From contig JAVCBW010000014.1 in NCBI GenBank assembly GCA_037917675.1, positions 1 to 45,983 on the forward strand: DNA of 45,983 nt, read 5' to 3'. The notes under the pieces were generated by a model that saw only the letters and a list, made by a program, of their open reading frames with translations, did no database searches and was not told the origin of the DNA. This DNA comes from Thermoproteota archaeon (GTDB lineage Archaea > Korarchaeota > Korarchaeia > B14-G2). Position 1 is the first letter of the stretch. Each line of letters opens with the position of its first letter. The position numbers and the translations under genes are program-made. Positions 8,768 to 18,418 of this stretch are shown in pieces.

Positions 8768-9445
8768 ATGAACAGGAGGGAGCTTCAGAGGAAGCTCACT
8801 CACCTAGTGCTCCTAGCTATCCTCGCAGCCCCCCTCTATGCTGAAGAAGCTGCTAGAGCTCTCTTCCCAGAGCTCACGGAGTCTGGCCTGGTCCTCGAGC
8901 CAGCTAAAGCTTATGCTCTCCTCATGTTGATGGCAGGGCTGCTGAATGCTATGGCCATCAGGAGGCCTCTTAGGAGAGATGAGGTGGCTAAGATCCTAGA
9001 GAGGTTTGAGGGGCTCCCTCTGGCTAAGAGGCTTGAGAATACTGTGCTCCAGCTCACAGAGATGATAGAGGGGATGGAGAGAGACTATGAGAGGAGGGCG
9101 GGGTATGTAGGCTTGCTCTATGGTGTCATAGGTGTCTCTATCTCATATATGCTCTTCGACGGCTTTGCCATATATGGGATAGGAGGCCTAGCTACAACAG
9201 ACGTCTTCTCCTCTCTAGTGGGATCTAGGGCTGGTAGGAGGAGGCTTCCTCTTTCAGACGGGACCCTTGAAGGCTTTCTAGCTGGGTTTGCTGCATACCT
9301 GCTTCCCCTCCTCATGTTTGAGCACCCTGCCAGAGCTCTAGCCATAGCCTTAGCCTCCTCTATAGCTGAGCTCTATGGGATAGAGGATAACTTGTCTATT
9401 CCTGTTGCAGCCTCTCTTGCAGCTTGGGCTACCAGAGGGCTCTAG
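8768..9445 (+). CDS. Dolichol/phytol kinase-like (SEC59/CTP_transf_1) membrane protein
   Basis: RKLTH, DVFSSLVGSRAGRRRLP..TLEG, IEDNLSIP; start may be 8750 or 8768. Confidence 0.75.
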   Translation: MNRRELQRKLTHLVLLAILAAPLYAEEAARALFPELTESGLVLEPAKAYALLMLMAGLLNAMAIRRPLRRDEVAKILERFEGLPLAKRLENTVLQLTEMIEGMERDYERRAGYVGLLYGVIGVSISYMLFDGFAIYGIGGLATTDVFSSLVGSRAGRRRLPLSDGTLEGFLAGFAAYLLPLLMFEHPARALAIALASSIAELYGIEDNLSIPVAASLAAWATRGL

Positions 9446-10890
9446 TACTGCCTTGCTATGTAGACAACGTGTTTAGCTGGCTTCCCGCAAACTATGCATG
9501 TGCCCTCAGGCTCCTCCTCAACATCTATCCTGAACCCTCTAACCCTCCCCCTAGTCTCCTCCTGTATCTTAGCTGCACAGGGCTCTCCCTCCCAGCTTGT
9601 TGAGCAGAAGCCTGCTCTGACATAGCCCCCCTCCTCAAGATACTGCCTGAGCTCACTGAAGCTCGACGCGTCTCTTATCATGCTGTTCAAGTTGGCCTCT
9701 CCCCTCGCCTTGAGGTTCCTAAGCATATCCTCTGCGATCTCTCTTATAGCATCAACCAGCTCCTCCTCTCTGACTCTGATCTTCTCTCTAGTGTCTCTCC
9801 TAGCTAGGGTCAGCGTCTCAGACTCCACCTCCTGCTTGCCGACCTCTATCCTCACTGGCACACCCTTCATCTCCCAGTAGTAGTACTTGTATCCTGGTGT
9901 ACGCTCTGGAGCATCATCCAAGTGGACTCTGAAGCCTACTTCCCTGAGCTGCTGCTCCAGCTGCCTACACTTCTCTAAGACTCTTGCAGTCTCCTCTCCT
10001 GGTATCGGTACTATAACCACTTGGATTGGAGCTACTGGAAACGGGAGGACTAGACCTCCACTATCACCGTGGACTGAGATCAAGGCTGCTATCATCCTGC
10101 TTATCCCTATCCCATAGCATGTCTGGTAGACGTGTTTCCTCTGCCCATCTTCATCTAGGAAGATTATGTCAAATGCCTTTGAGAAGTTCTGGCCTAGCAG
10201 GTGTGTTGAGGCAACCTGGCATACCCTCCCATCTGGCATGAGCACGTCGTGAGCATAGGTGTGGACTGCCCCTGGGAACTTGTCCCACTCAGGCCTCTGG
10301 AATGGCATTATCGGGACTCCAAGCTTCTCATAGAGGACGCTCCTAGTTGTCTCCATGTCCTCTAGGACCTGCCTCTCAGCCTCCTCTAGGGTTGCGAAGG
10401 CATCATGTGCCTCAATCCATAGGAACTCCCTTCCCTTTATGAAGGGCCTAGGAGTCTTCTCATAGCGGAAGACGCTACAGCTCTGGTATAGCTTGAGTGG
10501 CAGGTCTCTTCTCCCCTGGATCCAGAGCTTGTACATAGGGTACATTGCTGTCTCTGAGGTAGGCCTCAAGGCTAGCCTCCTCTCAAGCTTCTCTTCTCCA
10601 GCTTCAGTCACCCAGAAGACCTCAGGCTTAAAGCCTGTGACATGCTCCTTCTCAACCTCAAGGTTCTCCTCTGGTATCACTGTTGGGAACAGTGAGGGCT
10701 GGTGTCCTCTCTTCTCCAGCTCAGCTTCAAAGAGCCTATAAAGCTCTCTCGCAATATACATGCCCCAGGGCCTTATCACTATGAACCCTGCTACACCATA
10801 GCGTACGTCAGCGATCTCAGCTGTAGAGATTATCTTGCTATACCACTCTGAGAAGCTGCTCTTGTCAATCTGGAATATGAACTTGCTCAC
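9442..10890 (-). CDS. proS: Proline--tRNA ligase (archaeal/eukaryotic type)
   Basis: LALRPTSET, REFLWIEAH, THLLGQNFSKAF, anticodon-binding domain and C-terminal CxxC..ARQY. Confidence 0.97.
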   Translation of the reverse strand: MSKFIFQIDKSSFSEWYSKIISTAEIADVRYGVAGFIVIRPWGMYIARELYRLFEAELEKRGHQPSLFPTVIPEENLEVEKEHVTGFKPEVFWVTEAGEEKLERRLALRPTSETAMYPMYKLWIQGRRDLPLKLYQSCSVFRYEKTPRPFIKGREFLWIEAHDAFATLEEAERQVLEDMETTRSVLYEKLGVPIMPFQRPEWDKFPGAVHTYAHDVLMPDGRVCQVASTHLLGQNFSKAFDIIFLDEDGQRKHVYQTCYGIGISRMIAALISVHGDSGGLVLPFPVAPIQVVIVPIPGEETARVLEKCRQLEQQLREVGFRVHLDDAPERTPGYKYYYWEMKGVPVRIEVGKQEVESETLTLARRDTREKIRVREEELVDAIREIAEDMLRNLKARGEANLNSMIRDASSFSELRQYLEEGGYVRAGFCSTSWEGEPCAAKIQEETRGRVRGFRIDVEEEPEGTCIVCGKPAKHVVYIARQY

Positions 10891-11050
10891 CTCAAACCAC
10901 CTCCAAGAGCTCTGTGTGCGCTTATAGCTTCAGTACGGTAGGGGCCTAGGCTAGTGGCCTGGAATACCTTCACCCATCAACCTCTCAACCCACAACCCCT
11001 AGCTCATGAGCGTTATAAGGTTGCTGCTAGAGGCCTCTGTGAGGGCTAGG

Positions 11051-11737
11051 CTAGAGCAGCCCTAGTGCCTTAGCCTCTCTCACCAGGAGGTCTGGTCTGT
11101 TCGATGCTATCCCATCTACGCCAGCTTCCATGAGCTCCCTCATCCTAGCTGGGGAGTCTACAGTCCAGGCAACCACCCTAAGCCCCTCTCTGTGAGCTTC
11201 TCTAATGAGCTCCCTATCAATGTACTTGTGCCTTGGGAGCAGCATGGTGGCGCCAGCATCTTGAGCTAGCCTAGCTGGGTTGACAGGCCTACATGAGAAT
11301 ATGACTCCGAGATCTATGTCGATTAGCCTCCTCAGCTCTCTTATGGCATTGTGGTAGAATGAGACGGCTACAGCCCTCTTTCTCCCAGCTAGAGCTGAAG
11401 CCAGCTCGCCTACAGCATCTGGGTCCTTAAGCTCAACAACTAGTAGAGCCCTCCCAGCTGCATCTAAGACCTCCTCAAGTGACGGTATCCTCTCTCCCAT
11501 GCCAGCATCAAGCTTCTTAAGCTCAGCTAGCGTGTACTCTCTCACCCTGCCTGAGCCTGATGTCGTCCTATCTAGTGTCTCATCATGTATGACAGCAAGC
11601 TTCCTATCCCTAGTGACTCTGACATCAACTTCTATAGCATTCGCTCCCAGCTCGAGAGCTCTCCTCACAGCTCTAATGGTGTTCTCAGGCTCATATGCTG
11701 ATGCTCCACGGTGAGCTACAGCTAGGAACTTAGGCAC
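11051..11737 (-). CDS. Glycerophosphodiester phosphodiesterase
   Basis: AHRGASAYEPENT, EVDVRVTRD, IHDETLDRT, WTVD, DGIASNRPD; start is 11737 or 11752. Confidence 0.92.
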   Translation of the reverse strand: MPKFLAVAHRGASAYEPENTIRAVRRALELGANAIEVDVRVTRDRKLAVIHDETLDRTTSGSGRVREYTLAELKKLDAGMGERIPSLEEVLDAAGRALLVVELKDPDAVGELASALAGRKRAVAVSFYHNAIRELRRLIDIDLGVIFSCRPVNPARLAQDAGATMLLPRHKYIDRELIREAHREGLRVVAWTVDSPARMRELMEAGVDGIASNRPDLLVREAKALGLL

Positions 11738-11812
11738 CTGACCTCTCCACATACCTAGCCCATGTGATAAAGTTTAAGTTTGAGGTGTAGAGCGAAGCAG
11801 AGAGGTGTATGG

Positions 11813-12148
11813 TTGAGCGAGCTTGAGCTGAGCCCCTATGAGAAGCTTGTACTAGGCTACATACTATACGAGTTCGATGGAGAGATGCCTATACCACCTG
11901 GAGGACACCCCATAGACTACACATCTGACATGATAGCGAGAGAGCTTGACAGATTGGACCTAGCTGATGAGCTAGCTAAAGCAGTTGAGAACCTCATTGA
12001 GAGGGGGCTCCTAGAGGTGAATACACGTGAAGGCAAGATATCCTTGACTGATGAGGGGAATGAGGCAGCTGCCATGATCACAGAGGACATGTATGAGGAC
12101 CTCAGGAGCTTCGAGGAGGAGTCTGAGGAGCCTGAGGAGGAGCTCTAG
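11813..12148 (+). CDS. Acidic winged-helix-like hypothetical protein
   Basis: AKAVENLIERGLLEV..KISLTDEG wing motif; TTG start after a GAGGTG SD. Confidence 0.65.
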   Translation: MSELELSPYEKLVLGYILYEFDGEMPIPPGGHPIDYTSDMIARELDRLDLADELAKAVENLIERGLLEVNTREGKISLTDEGNEAAAMITEDMYEDLRSFEEESEEPEEEL

Positions 12149-12156
12149 GTGGTCTA

Positions 12157-13656
12157 TTGAAGCCTGTGACAGCTAGGGTAATGAGGATCATAGAGGCTAA
12201 CGCTAGAAGCCTAGGGGTCTCCACCCTCCTGATGATGGAGAACGCAGGCTCAGCTGTAGCTAAGGCAGTCCTAGAGCTGGGAGGTGGTAGGGTAGCTGTG
12301 CTAGCTGGAAGAGGGAACAAAGCTGGAGACGGCTTTACTGCTGCACGCCACCTAGCAGCAGAGGGCTGCAGCGTAGACATCTATGTGGTAGGTGGCTTAG
12401 GAGAGTACCCTAGTGAAGCAGAGCACATGCTCAAGATCATCAGGAGGATGAGATGCATCAAGCTAGCTGAGGTCAAGAGCAGAGAAGAAGTCGAGAACCT
12501 CGACTTAAGCATGTATGATGTGCTGGTTGACGCCATGATAGGGACAGGACTGCGAGGAGAGCTCAGAGAGCCTTTCAAGTCAGCTGTCAAGAAGCTCAAC
12601 TCATCTGGTAAGCCTATAGTCTCAGTAGACATCCCTACAGGCCTAGACCCAGACACTGGTAAGCCTATGGGGCTTTGCGTCAAGGCCAGTGTGACTGTAA
12701 CAATGCATGCAATGAAAGCTGGGCTCATAGCTGATGGAGGAAGGTACTCAGGTAGAGTTGTGGTAGCTAACATAGGGATACCGCCAGAAGCCTGGGCTTA
12801 CACTGGGCCAGGTGACGTCATAGAGGCTATACCTAGGAGGAGGCCTGATTCTCATAAGGGAGACTATGGGAGGCTTGCTGTGGTAGGGGGGTCGAGGATC
12901 TATCATGGAGCCCCGATCCTAGCTGCCATGGCAGCCTTGAAGACTGGAGTAGACCTCACATACCTTATTGAGCCTAGGGAGGCTGCTATGGCAGCTAAGG
13001 CCTATAGCCCAGACCTCATAGCCATAGAGGCAGGGGAGGGAGAGCTAGCATGGAGAAGCCTAGAAGCTCACTTAGCTATACTAGAGAAGGCTGATGCTGC
13101 TGTGATAGGCCCTGGAGCAGGGCTGGCTCCAGCTACCATGGAGGCCTTAGCTAAGCTAGCTGGCAAGCTAGCTGACATGGGGAAGCCTATTGTAGTAGAC
13201 GGAGACGGCCTCAAGGCTCTAGCTAGGCATGAAGCTAAGCTCAGCAGGCTAGCTGTCCTCACACCTCATGCTGGAGAGTTCAAAATGCTTAGTGGAGAGA
13301 GCCCTCCACCCTTCTCTAGGCTAGAGGAGAGAGGCGAGTCTGCTAGGAAGCTTGCTAGGAGGCTTGAGTGCATCATCTTGCTGAAGGGTATGGTCGACAT
13401 CATAACAGACGGAGAAGATGTGAGGTTTAATTTCACAGGCAATCCTGGCATGACTGTAGGTGGGACAGGAGACGTGCTAGCTGGTGTGGTAGGTGCAATG
13501 CTATGCTTTAGGAGTGAGCCTATGGAGGCAGCTGCTGCAGCAGCCTACTTAACTGGGCTAGCTGGCGACGTCGCTAGAGAGAGGCTTGGAGACCAGCTTC
13601 TGGCCTCAGATGTCGTGGAGGCTATACCAGAGGCGATAGCGAGGTGCCATAGCTGA
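12157..13656 (+). CDS. nnr: Bifunctional NAD(P)H-hydrate epimerase/dehydratase
   Basis: LMMENAG, GNKAGDG, VDAMIGTG, SHKGDYG, LTPHAGEF, GGTGDVLAG. Confidence 0.95.
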   Translation: MKPVTARVMRIIEANARSLGVSTLLMMENAGSAVAKAVLELGGGRVAVLAGRGNKAGDGFTAARHLAAEGCSVDIYVVGGLGEYPSEAEHMLKIIRRMRCIKLAEVKSREEVENLDLSMYDVLVDAMIGTGLRGELREPFKSAVKKLNSSGKPIVSVDIPTGLDPDTGKPMGLCVKASVTVTMHAMKAGLIADGGRYSGRVVVANIGIPPEAWAYTGPGDVIEAIPRRRPDSHKGDYGRLAVVGGSRIYHGAPILAAMAALKTGVDLTYLIEPREAAMAAKAYSPDLIAIEAGEGELAWRSLEAHLAILEKADAAVIGPGAGLAPATMEALAKLAGKLADMGKPIVVDGDGLKALARHEAKLSRLAVLTPHAGEFKMLSGESPPPFSRLEERGESARKLARRLECIILLKGMVDIITDGEDVRFNFTGNPGMTVGGTGDVLAGVVGAMLCFRSEPMEAAAAAAYLTGLAGDVARERLGDQLLASDVVEAIPEAIARCHS

Positions 13657-14090
13657 CTGGGCCAGGTGAAGGCAAGCTCAAGCTTGAAGCCAAGGTCCTG
13701 CTTAGGGAGGGCAGTGTAAGCGAGGAGCTAAGCGGAGCAGAGGTCTACATTCACGTCAAGGGCTACTCTCTGGCTAGAGTAACTCACCTCGACATAGAGC
13801 ATCCAGCGCTAAACAGGCATATACCTCCTAGAGGAGGCCGCTTCATGCCTGTGCTAGGGGTGAGGGGAGGCCTTAAGGTTGTAGTGTCTAGGGACGTCAG
13901 AATCGAGGTATATAGCTCTCTACTGAACAGGGTTATGCCACCTGGCTCAAGAACATTTACATGGGTTGGAGGAAAGTTTGGAGGAGCCTACATAGGGTTC
14001 AGGAAGGGAGAGGTTAGGAGGCTTGAGGAGGTTGCTAGAGAGCTCTCCGGCATAGAGCCCAGGTCAGCCTCCACTAGATCTACCTCCTAA
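13653..14090 (+). CDS. Hypothetical 145-aa protein, probable CTG start
   Basis: The frame of track ORF 13845 is open back to CTG 13653, which overlaps the nnr stop (CTGA). GAGGTG SD at 13641-13646 and an in-frame TAG immediately before. Confidence 0.7.
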   Translation: MTGPGEGKLKLEAKVLLREGSVSEELSGAEVYIHVKGYSLARVTHLDIEHPALNRHIPPRGGRFMPVLGVRGGLKVVVSRDVRIEVYSSLLNRVMPPGSRTFTWVGGKFGGAYIGFRKGEVRRLEEVARELSGIEPRSASTRSTS

Positions 14091-14955
14091 GCTGCTGTAA
14101 GATGAGCTCTGGGACCTGAGAGGGCAAGTCTGCTACTGGAACCCCAGCTTCCCTGAGAGCTCTTATCTTGCTCTCAGCGCTACCAGCTCCCATCGTGACT
14201 ATTGCTCCAGCATGCCCCATCCTCTTCCCTGGTGGGGCTGTCCTGCCTGCTATGTAGGCTACTATAGGCTTTTCAAGCCTCTCTCTCCTGACGTGTGCTG
14301 CAAGCCTCTCCTCAAAGTCTCCTCCTATCTCCCCTATGACCACTATCGCCTCTGTCTGAGGGTCTTGCTGGAACATCTCAACTACCTCAATGAAGTCCAT
14401 TCCTATCACAGGGTCTCCTCCTATCCCGACGCATGTCGACTCCCCTAAGCCTGCCTTGGTTATGGCCCAGGCTATCTCATATGTGAGAGTCCCACTCCTA
14501 GATACCATGCCTACTATACCCTTCTCGAAGACGTGGGCTGGCATAACCCCGAGCTTACACCTTGCTGGAGAGATCACGCCAGGGCAGTTTGGCCCCACAA
14601 CCCTTATACCCCTGTCTCTAGCATATGAGATGAACTTGAGGGCATCCATTATGGGTATGTGCTCTGTTATCACGACTACAGGGCTGAGGCCTGCCTCTAT
14701 GGCCTCGAATGCTGCGTCGCTAGCGAACCTAGCTGGGACGAATATTATCGAGGCATTAGCATCATGCTCACTCAGAGCATCACCTACGCTGTCATATACT
14801 GGGACACCATGGACTTCGCTGCCCTCCTTTCCTGGAGTCACTCCTGCCACTATCTTGGTGCCATAGTCGAGCATCAGCTTGGTATGGAAGCTCCCCTCTC
14901 TTCCAGTTATCCCCTGGACTATGACACGAGTCTCTTCATCTACCAGGATAGCCAC
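14080..14955 (-). CDS. sucD: Succinyl-CoA synthetase alpha subunit
   Basis: [33 protein letters not shown] (phospho-His). Confidence 0.96.
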   Translation of the reverse strand: MAILVDEETRVIVQGITGREGSFHTKLMLDYGTKIVAGVTPGKEGSEVHGVPVYDSVGDALSEHDANASIIFVPARFASDAAFEAIEAGLSPVVVITEHIPIMDALKFISYARDRGIRVVGPNCPGVISPARCKLGVMPAHVFEKGIVGMVSRSGTLTYEIAWAITKAGLGESTCVGIGGDPVIGMDFIEVVEMFQQDPQTEAIVVIGEIGGDFEERLAAHVRRERLEKPIVAYIAGRTAPPGKRMGHAGAIVTMGAGSAESKIRALREAGVPVADLPSQVPELILQQLRR

Positions 14956-16098
14956 TTAATCACCTCCATAGACTAGCTTTATGATCCTGTCAGCTGCCTC
15001 CTCCATGGTCTCAAGCCAGCTTATCCCAGCTTCCCTGAGAATCCTACGTCCCTCCTCCTCTCTCGTCCCAACCATCCTGACTGCCACTGGCTTCATGATT
15101 CCAGTCTCTCTTATGGCCTCCACCAGCCCTCTAGCTACCTCATCACACCTAGTTATGCCACCTAGGATGTTCAAGAGGATGCCCTTCACCCTAGGATGCT
15201 TCAGCTGTATCTTCACTGCCTCCTTAACTCTCTCTGCTGTAGCTCCTCCCCCTATGTCTAGGAAGTTGGCTGGCTTCCCTCCCTTCAAGGCTACCAGGTC
15301 CATTGAGGCCATTGTGAGCCCTGCTCCATTTGCTATGACACCAACCTCGCCATCTAGCTCAACGTAGCTGAAGCCATGCTCCATCGCCTTCACCTCATAC
15401 TCTGTGAGCCCCCTCCTCTCCCTCTTCATCCTCTCAGCTAGCTCAGGATGCCTGTAAAGGGAGTTGTCATCGACTATCATCCTGGCGTCTACAGCCACCA
15501 GCCTACTTCCAGAGAGCGCAAGTGGGTTGCTCTCGACAAGCTCACAGTCGTATCTCTCAGCTATCTCATAGAAGGCCTTGGCTATGCTAGCTAGCTGCCC
15601 CGCTTCTCCTCCAGTCAGCTGCATATGCTTAGCTAGCCTCCTGGCCTCGAACTCTCTGAGCCCGAAGTATGGGCTGACATGCAGCTTAGCTATCTTCTCA
15701 GGGCTTCTGGCAGCTAGCTCCTCTATGTCAACTCCACCCTCGCTTGAAGCTAGGAAGCACATCCTCCTAGCTGACCTATCTAGGGTCAAGCTGAGGTACA
15801 TCTCCCTCTCTATGTCTACTCTCTCTTCAACTAAGACCTTCTCTACTCTCAGCCCCCTGACCTCTGAGCCAAGTAGCCTCTCAGCCTCCATATAGGCTTC
15901 CTCAGGTGTGTCAGCAGGCCTTATCGCCCCAGCCTTCCCCCTACCTGCAACCAAGACCTGAGCCTTCACGACGACAGGCTTCCCTATAGACTCAGCTATC
16001 TCCTTTGCTTCACTTGGGGTTGAAGCTACATCCCCAGCTGGCACAGGTATCCCAAACTCCTTAAAGACCTGCTTAGCTTCATACTCGTGGAGCTTCAA
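14956..16098 (-). CDS. sucC: Succinyl-CoA synthetase beta subunit
   Basis: KLHEYEAK, KAQVLVAGRGKAG, NGAGLTMASMD, PANFLDIGGGA, GGITRCDEVA; TTG start at 16098 preferred. Confidence 0.96.
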   Translation of the reverse strand: MKLHEYEAKQVFKEFGIPVPAGDVASTPSEAKEIAESIGKPVVVKAQVLVAGRGKAGAIRPADTPEEAYMEAERLLGSEVRGLRVEKVLVEERVDIEREMYLSLTLDRSARRMCFLASSEGGVDIEELAARSPEKIAKLHVSPYFGLREFEARRLAKHMQLTGGEAGQLASIAKAFYEIAERYDCELVESNPLALSGSRLVAVDARMIVDDNSLYRHPELAERMKRERRGLTEYEVKAMEHGFSYVELDGEVGVIANGAGLTMASMDLVALKGGKPANFLDIGGGATAERVKEAVKIQLKHPRVKGILLNILGGITRCDEVARGLVEAIRETGIMKPVAVRMVGTREEEGRRILREAGISWLETMEEAADRIIKLVYGGD

Positions 16099-16135
16099 CC
16101 TGGCACCATGCCTCACAAGTAGATTGCTTTAAAAG

Positions 16136-16609
16136 CTAGAGGTACATGAGGTCACCAGACTTTTCACCTTGCTCAGCTACTGATGGGGCTATTTCATCAA
16201 AGAACTTCTTGATCCCATGGACTATGGCAGCTAGGTGCAGCTTAAACTGCTCATAGCTCAAGCTATCCTTATGTATCTCTGTGTAGACTACTATGCTCCC
16301 CCTCTTGTTTAGGGCATAGGATGCTCCAGCAGTATAGAGGGAGCCTCTGAGGAGCTCCTCGAAGACCTTAGCTCTATCACCAAGCAGAGGCAGCTCCTGA
16401 GGTCCAGCTATGCTACATATCATGTAGAGCCACTCTCCTATCGGAGCTATCACTATAGCATGTATCTTATCTGAGTCAAGTGGATACCTATATGGGACAG
16501 AGAAGATCCTTTCTTCCTCACTAGTGAAGTATAGCAGCTCCATCTCCCTGAGATACTTCTCCACCTTATCAAACATCTCTGCTTCAGCCTCACTATACTC
16601 TCCAGTCAA
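16136..16609 (-). CDS. YbjN/CesT-like chaperone-fold protein
   Basis: Size and pattern (EWLYMIC..VFEELLR..YALNKRGSIVVYTEI..LSYEQFK) resemble YbjN. Confidence 0.55.
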   Translation of the reverse strand: MTGEYSEAEAEMFDKVEKYLREMELLYFTSEEERIFSVPYRYPLDSDKIHAIVIAPIGEWLYMICSIAGPQELPLLGDRAKVFEELLRGSLYTAGASYALNKRGSIVVYTEIHKDSLSYEQFKLHLAAIVHGIKKFFDEIAPSVAEQGEKSGDLMYL

Positions 16610-16954
16610 GGTGCTCTCCTAAACCAGCTCTAGGCTGACAGCTTAAAGCTTTCTGGCAGTGTGCTCTATGGCTTTTCTGCAGCCGCTCTAGCTGCTCTCG
16701 TGGCTTTCGCCTCATTGTAGCGGAGAAGCCTCCCCCCAGGTCTCTAGACGGTCTTTTCTGGGTGAACTGTGCTCCCACACATGTCTTGCTGAAGCTCCGC
16801 CATCTCAGGCTTACCTACCCACACCTGGAGCCTACAGTATCTACCAGCGCCACCACACAAAGCTTCTGACGCTACAAAATCACTCTCATGCTACAAACTC
16901 AACACTACGCTTCTATAGCCCCATAATCCTGCTAGGTGGATCTGCTGCTCTAGG

Positions 16955-17317
16955 CTACTGGAGGCTGGCTAGCGCTCTAAGCAGCCTCCCAGCTTGCTTG
17001 ACAACATACTCTGCTTCAGCTAGATCACATCTACCTGCCCTTATTTCCTCAGATGTGAGAGCTATATCAGCATAAGCTGCTCTAAGGTCTATTCTGCCAG
17101 CTTCTCTGAGGAGCTTCATCCTTTCAAGCCTAGTCGAAGGCTTCCTCCTGAGCTGCCTATCTAAGGCCTCCTCAACAGCTTTAATTGCTAAGGTGCATGC
17201 TAGCCTGACCAGAGAGGTGCTCGATAGAGCTTTTCCACGGCTAAGCAGGAGAGAGGCCCTCTTATATTCAGGCGGCATCCAGCTAGCCACTCTCACACCT
17301 CCATCCTCATAGAGCAA
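16955..17317 (-). CDS. Hypothetical all-helical protein, possibly HEPN-like
   Basis: LACTLAIKAVEEAL and EAEYVVKQAGRLL resemble HEPN helices; no RxxxxH motif. Confidence 0.45.
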   Translation of the reverse strand: MLYEDGGVRVASWMPPEYKRASLLLSRGKALSSTSLVRLACTLAIKAVEEALDRQLRRKPSTRLERMKLLREAGRIDLRAAYADIALTSEEIRAGRCDLAEAEYVVKQAGRLLRALASLQ

Positions 17318-17793
17318 GGTGCTCCCATGGCCTATAGCTCACAAGCTTAGCTTCTACAGCCATTCTACTTCACTTGCTGAGACAGCTTCTACATGTCTCA
17401 CAGAAGCCATGTGGCATGTATTTAAGCCTTGCAAAGCTGCCAGCATCCTACAGGCATGAGCAGCATTCAGGTTAGGAGTATAGGACGGCTATATGTCTGA
17501 ATGAAGCCTTGAGCGCTCAGGGCGCGTATTAAGGCTATTCAGAGGTGAGATAAGCAGACTGCTCGACTTATAGGCTGAAGCTCACGTTAAACTGCTTGCT
17601 CTGAAAGCTCTACAGGGACCTACCTCAGGTATGGAGGTGAGATGAGGCTCCGAAAGGATGCGAGGCCAGCAGCTTGCTCCCTGATGCCCCTGGATGAGGT
17701 TAGTGTGCAAGTAAGGCTTATAGGCTACTGATGTCTACATAGGCTGAGCCTCCTGCATGAAGCTATAAGAGCACTGGAGTCTGAGGGCTGGCT

Positions 17794-18381
17794 ATGGGGT
17801 TGACTAGAGCCTCAGCTAAGCTAGCCTTCTACATAGCAGCCTATATCATGTGCTCAGCTGTAGTAAGCTTCGCCTTCACAGAGCTTTCCTCAGTTTGGAA
17901 GCAGGCACCAAGCTACAAGCCATATGCTGACCTAGGGCTGGCAGTAGCATTCGGCTACCTCATAGTCAACAGCATGTCAGAGGTAGCCTACTGGAGCCTG
18001 AGAGCCAGATATGAGCATCCGACAGCCATATCTGTGAGAAATGTCGTGAGGCTCCTCGGCCTAGGAGCTCTAGCATCTACGATAGCTGGGAGCCAAGCTA
18101 CACCTGCAGCAGGCATAGCATTAGGAGGCTTCATAGGGATGGTCATAGGGTTTGCAACCCAGCAGGTTCTAGGGCAGGCTATAGCAGGCTTATTCCTCCT
18201 GATAGCTAGGCCATTCAAGATAGGAGAGAAGATAGATGCAGGAGGAGAGAAGGGGGTAGTAGAGGATATAACGATAATGTTTACAGTGCTGAAGAGAGAT
18301 GATGGCAATATAGCGATGGTCCCAAACAACAAGCTGCTGGCTGCAAATATAGTCAGGATAGTAAAGTCCTCAGAGAGCTGA
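17794..18381 (+). CDS. Small-conductance mechanosensitive channel (MscS family, short)
   Basis: IGFATQQVLGQAIAGLFLLIARPFKIGEKI..GVVEDITIMFT..VPNNKL. Confidence 0.9.
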   Translation: MGLTRASAKLAFYIAAYIMCSAVVSFAFTELSSVWKQAPSYKPYADLGLAVAFGYLIVNSMSEVAYWSLRARYEHPTAISVRNVVRLLGLGALASTIAGSQATPAAGIALGGFIGMVIGFATQQVLGQAIAGLFLLIARPFKIGEKIDAGGEKGVVEDITIMFTVLKRDDGNIAMVPNNKLLAANIVRIVKSSES

Positions 18382-18418
18382 TAGCCTGGTGCCTTCTAGC
18401 CTAGAGCTCAGAGCAAAG

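Noticed and set aside
10895-11050. GC-rich intergenic stretch as a possible tRNA or C/D sRNA
   Set aside because: No T-loop GTTCRA, cloverleaf or clear C/D box pair is visible.
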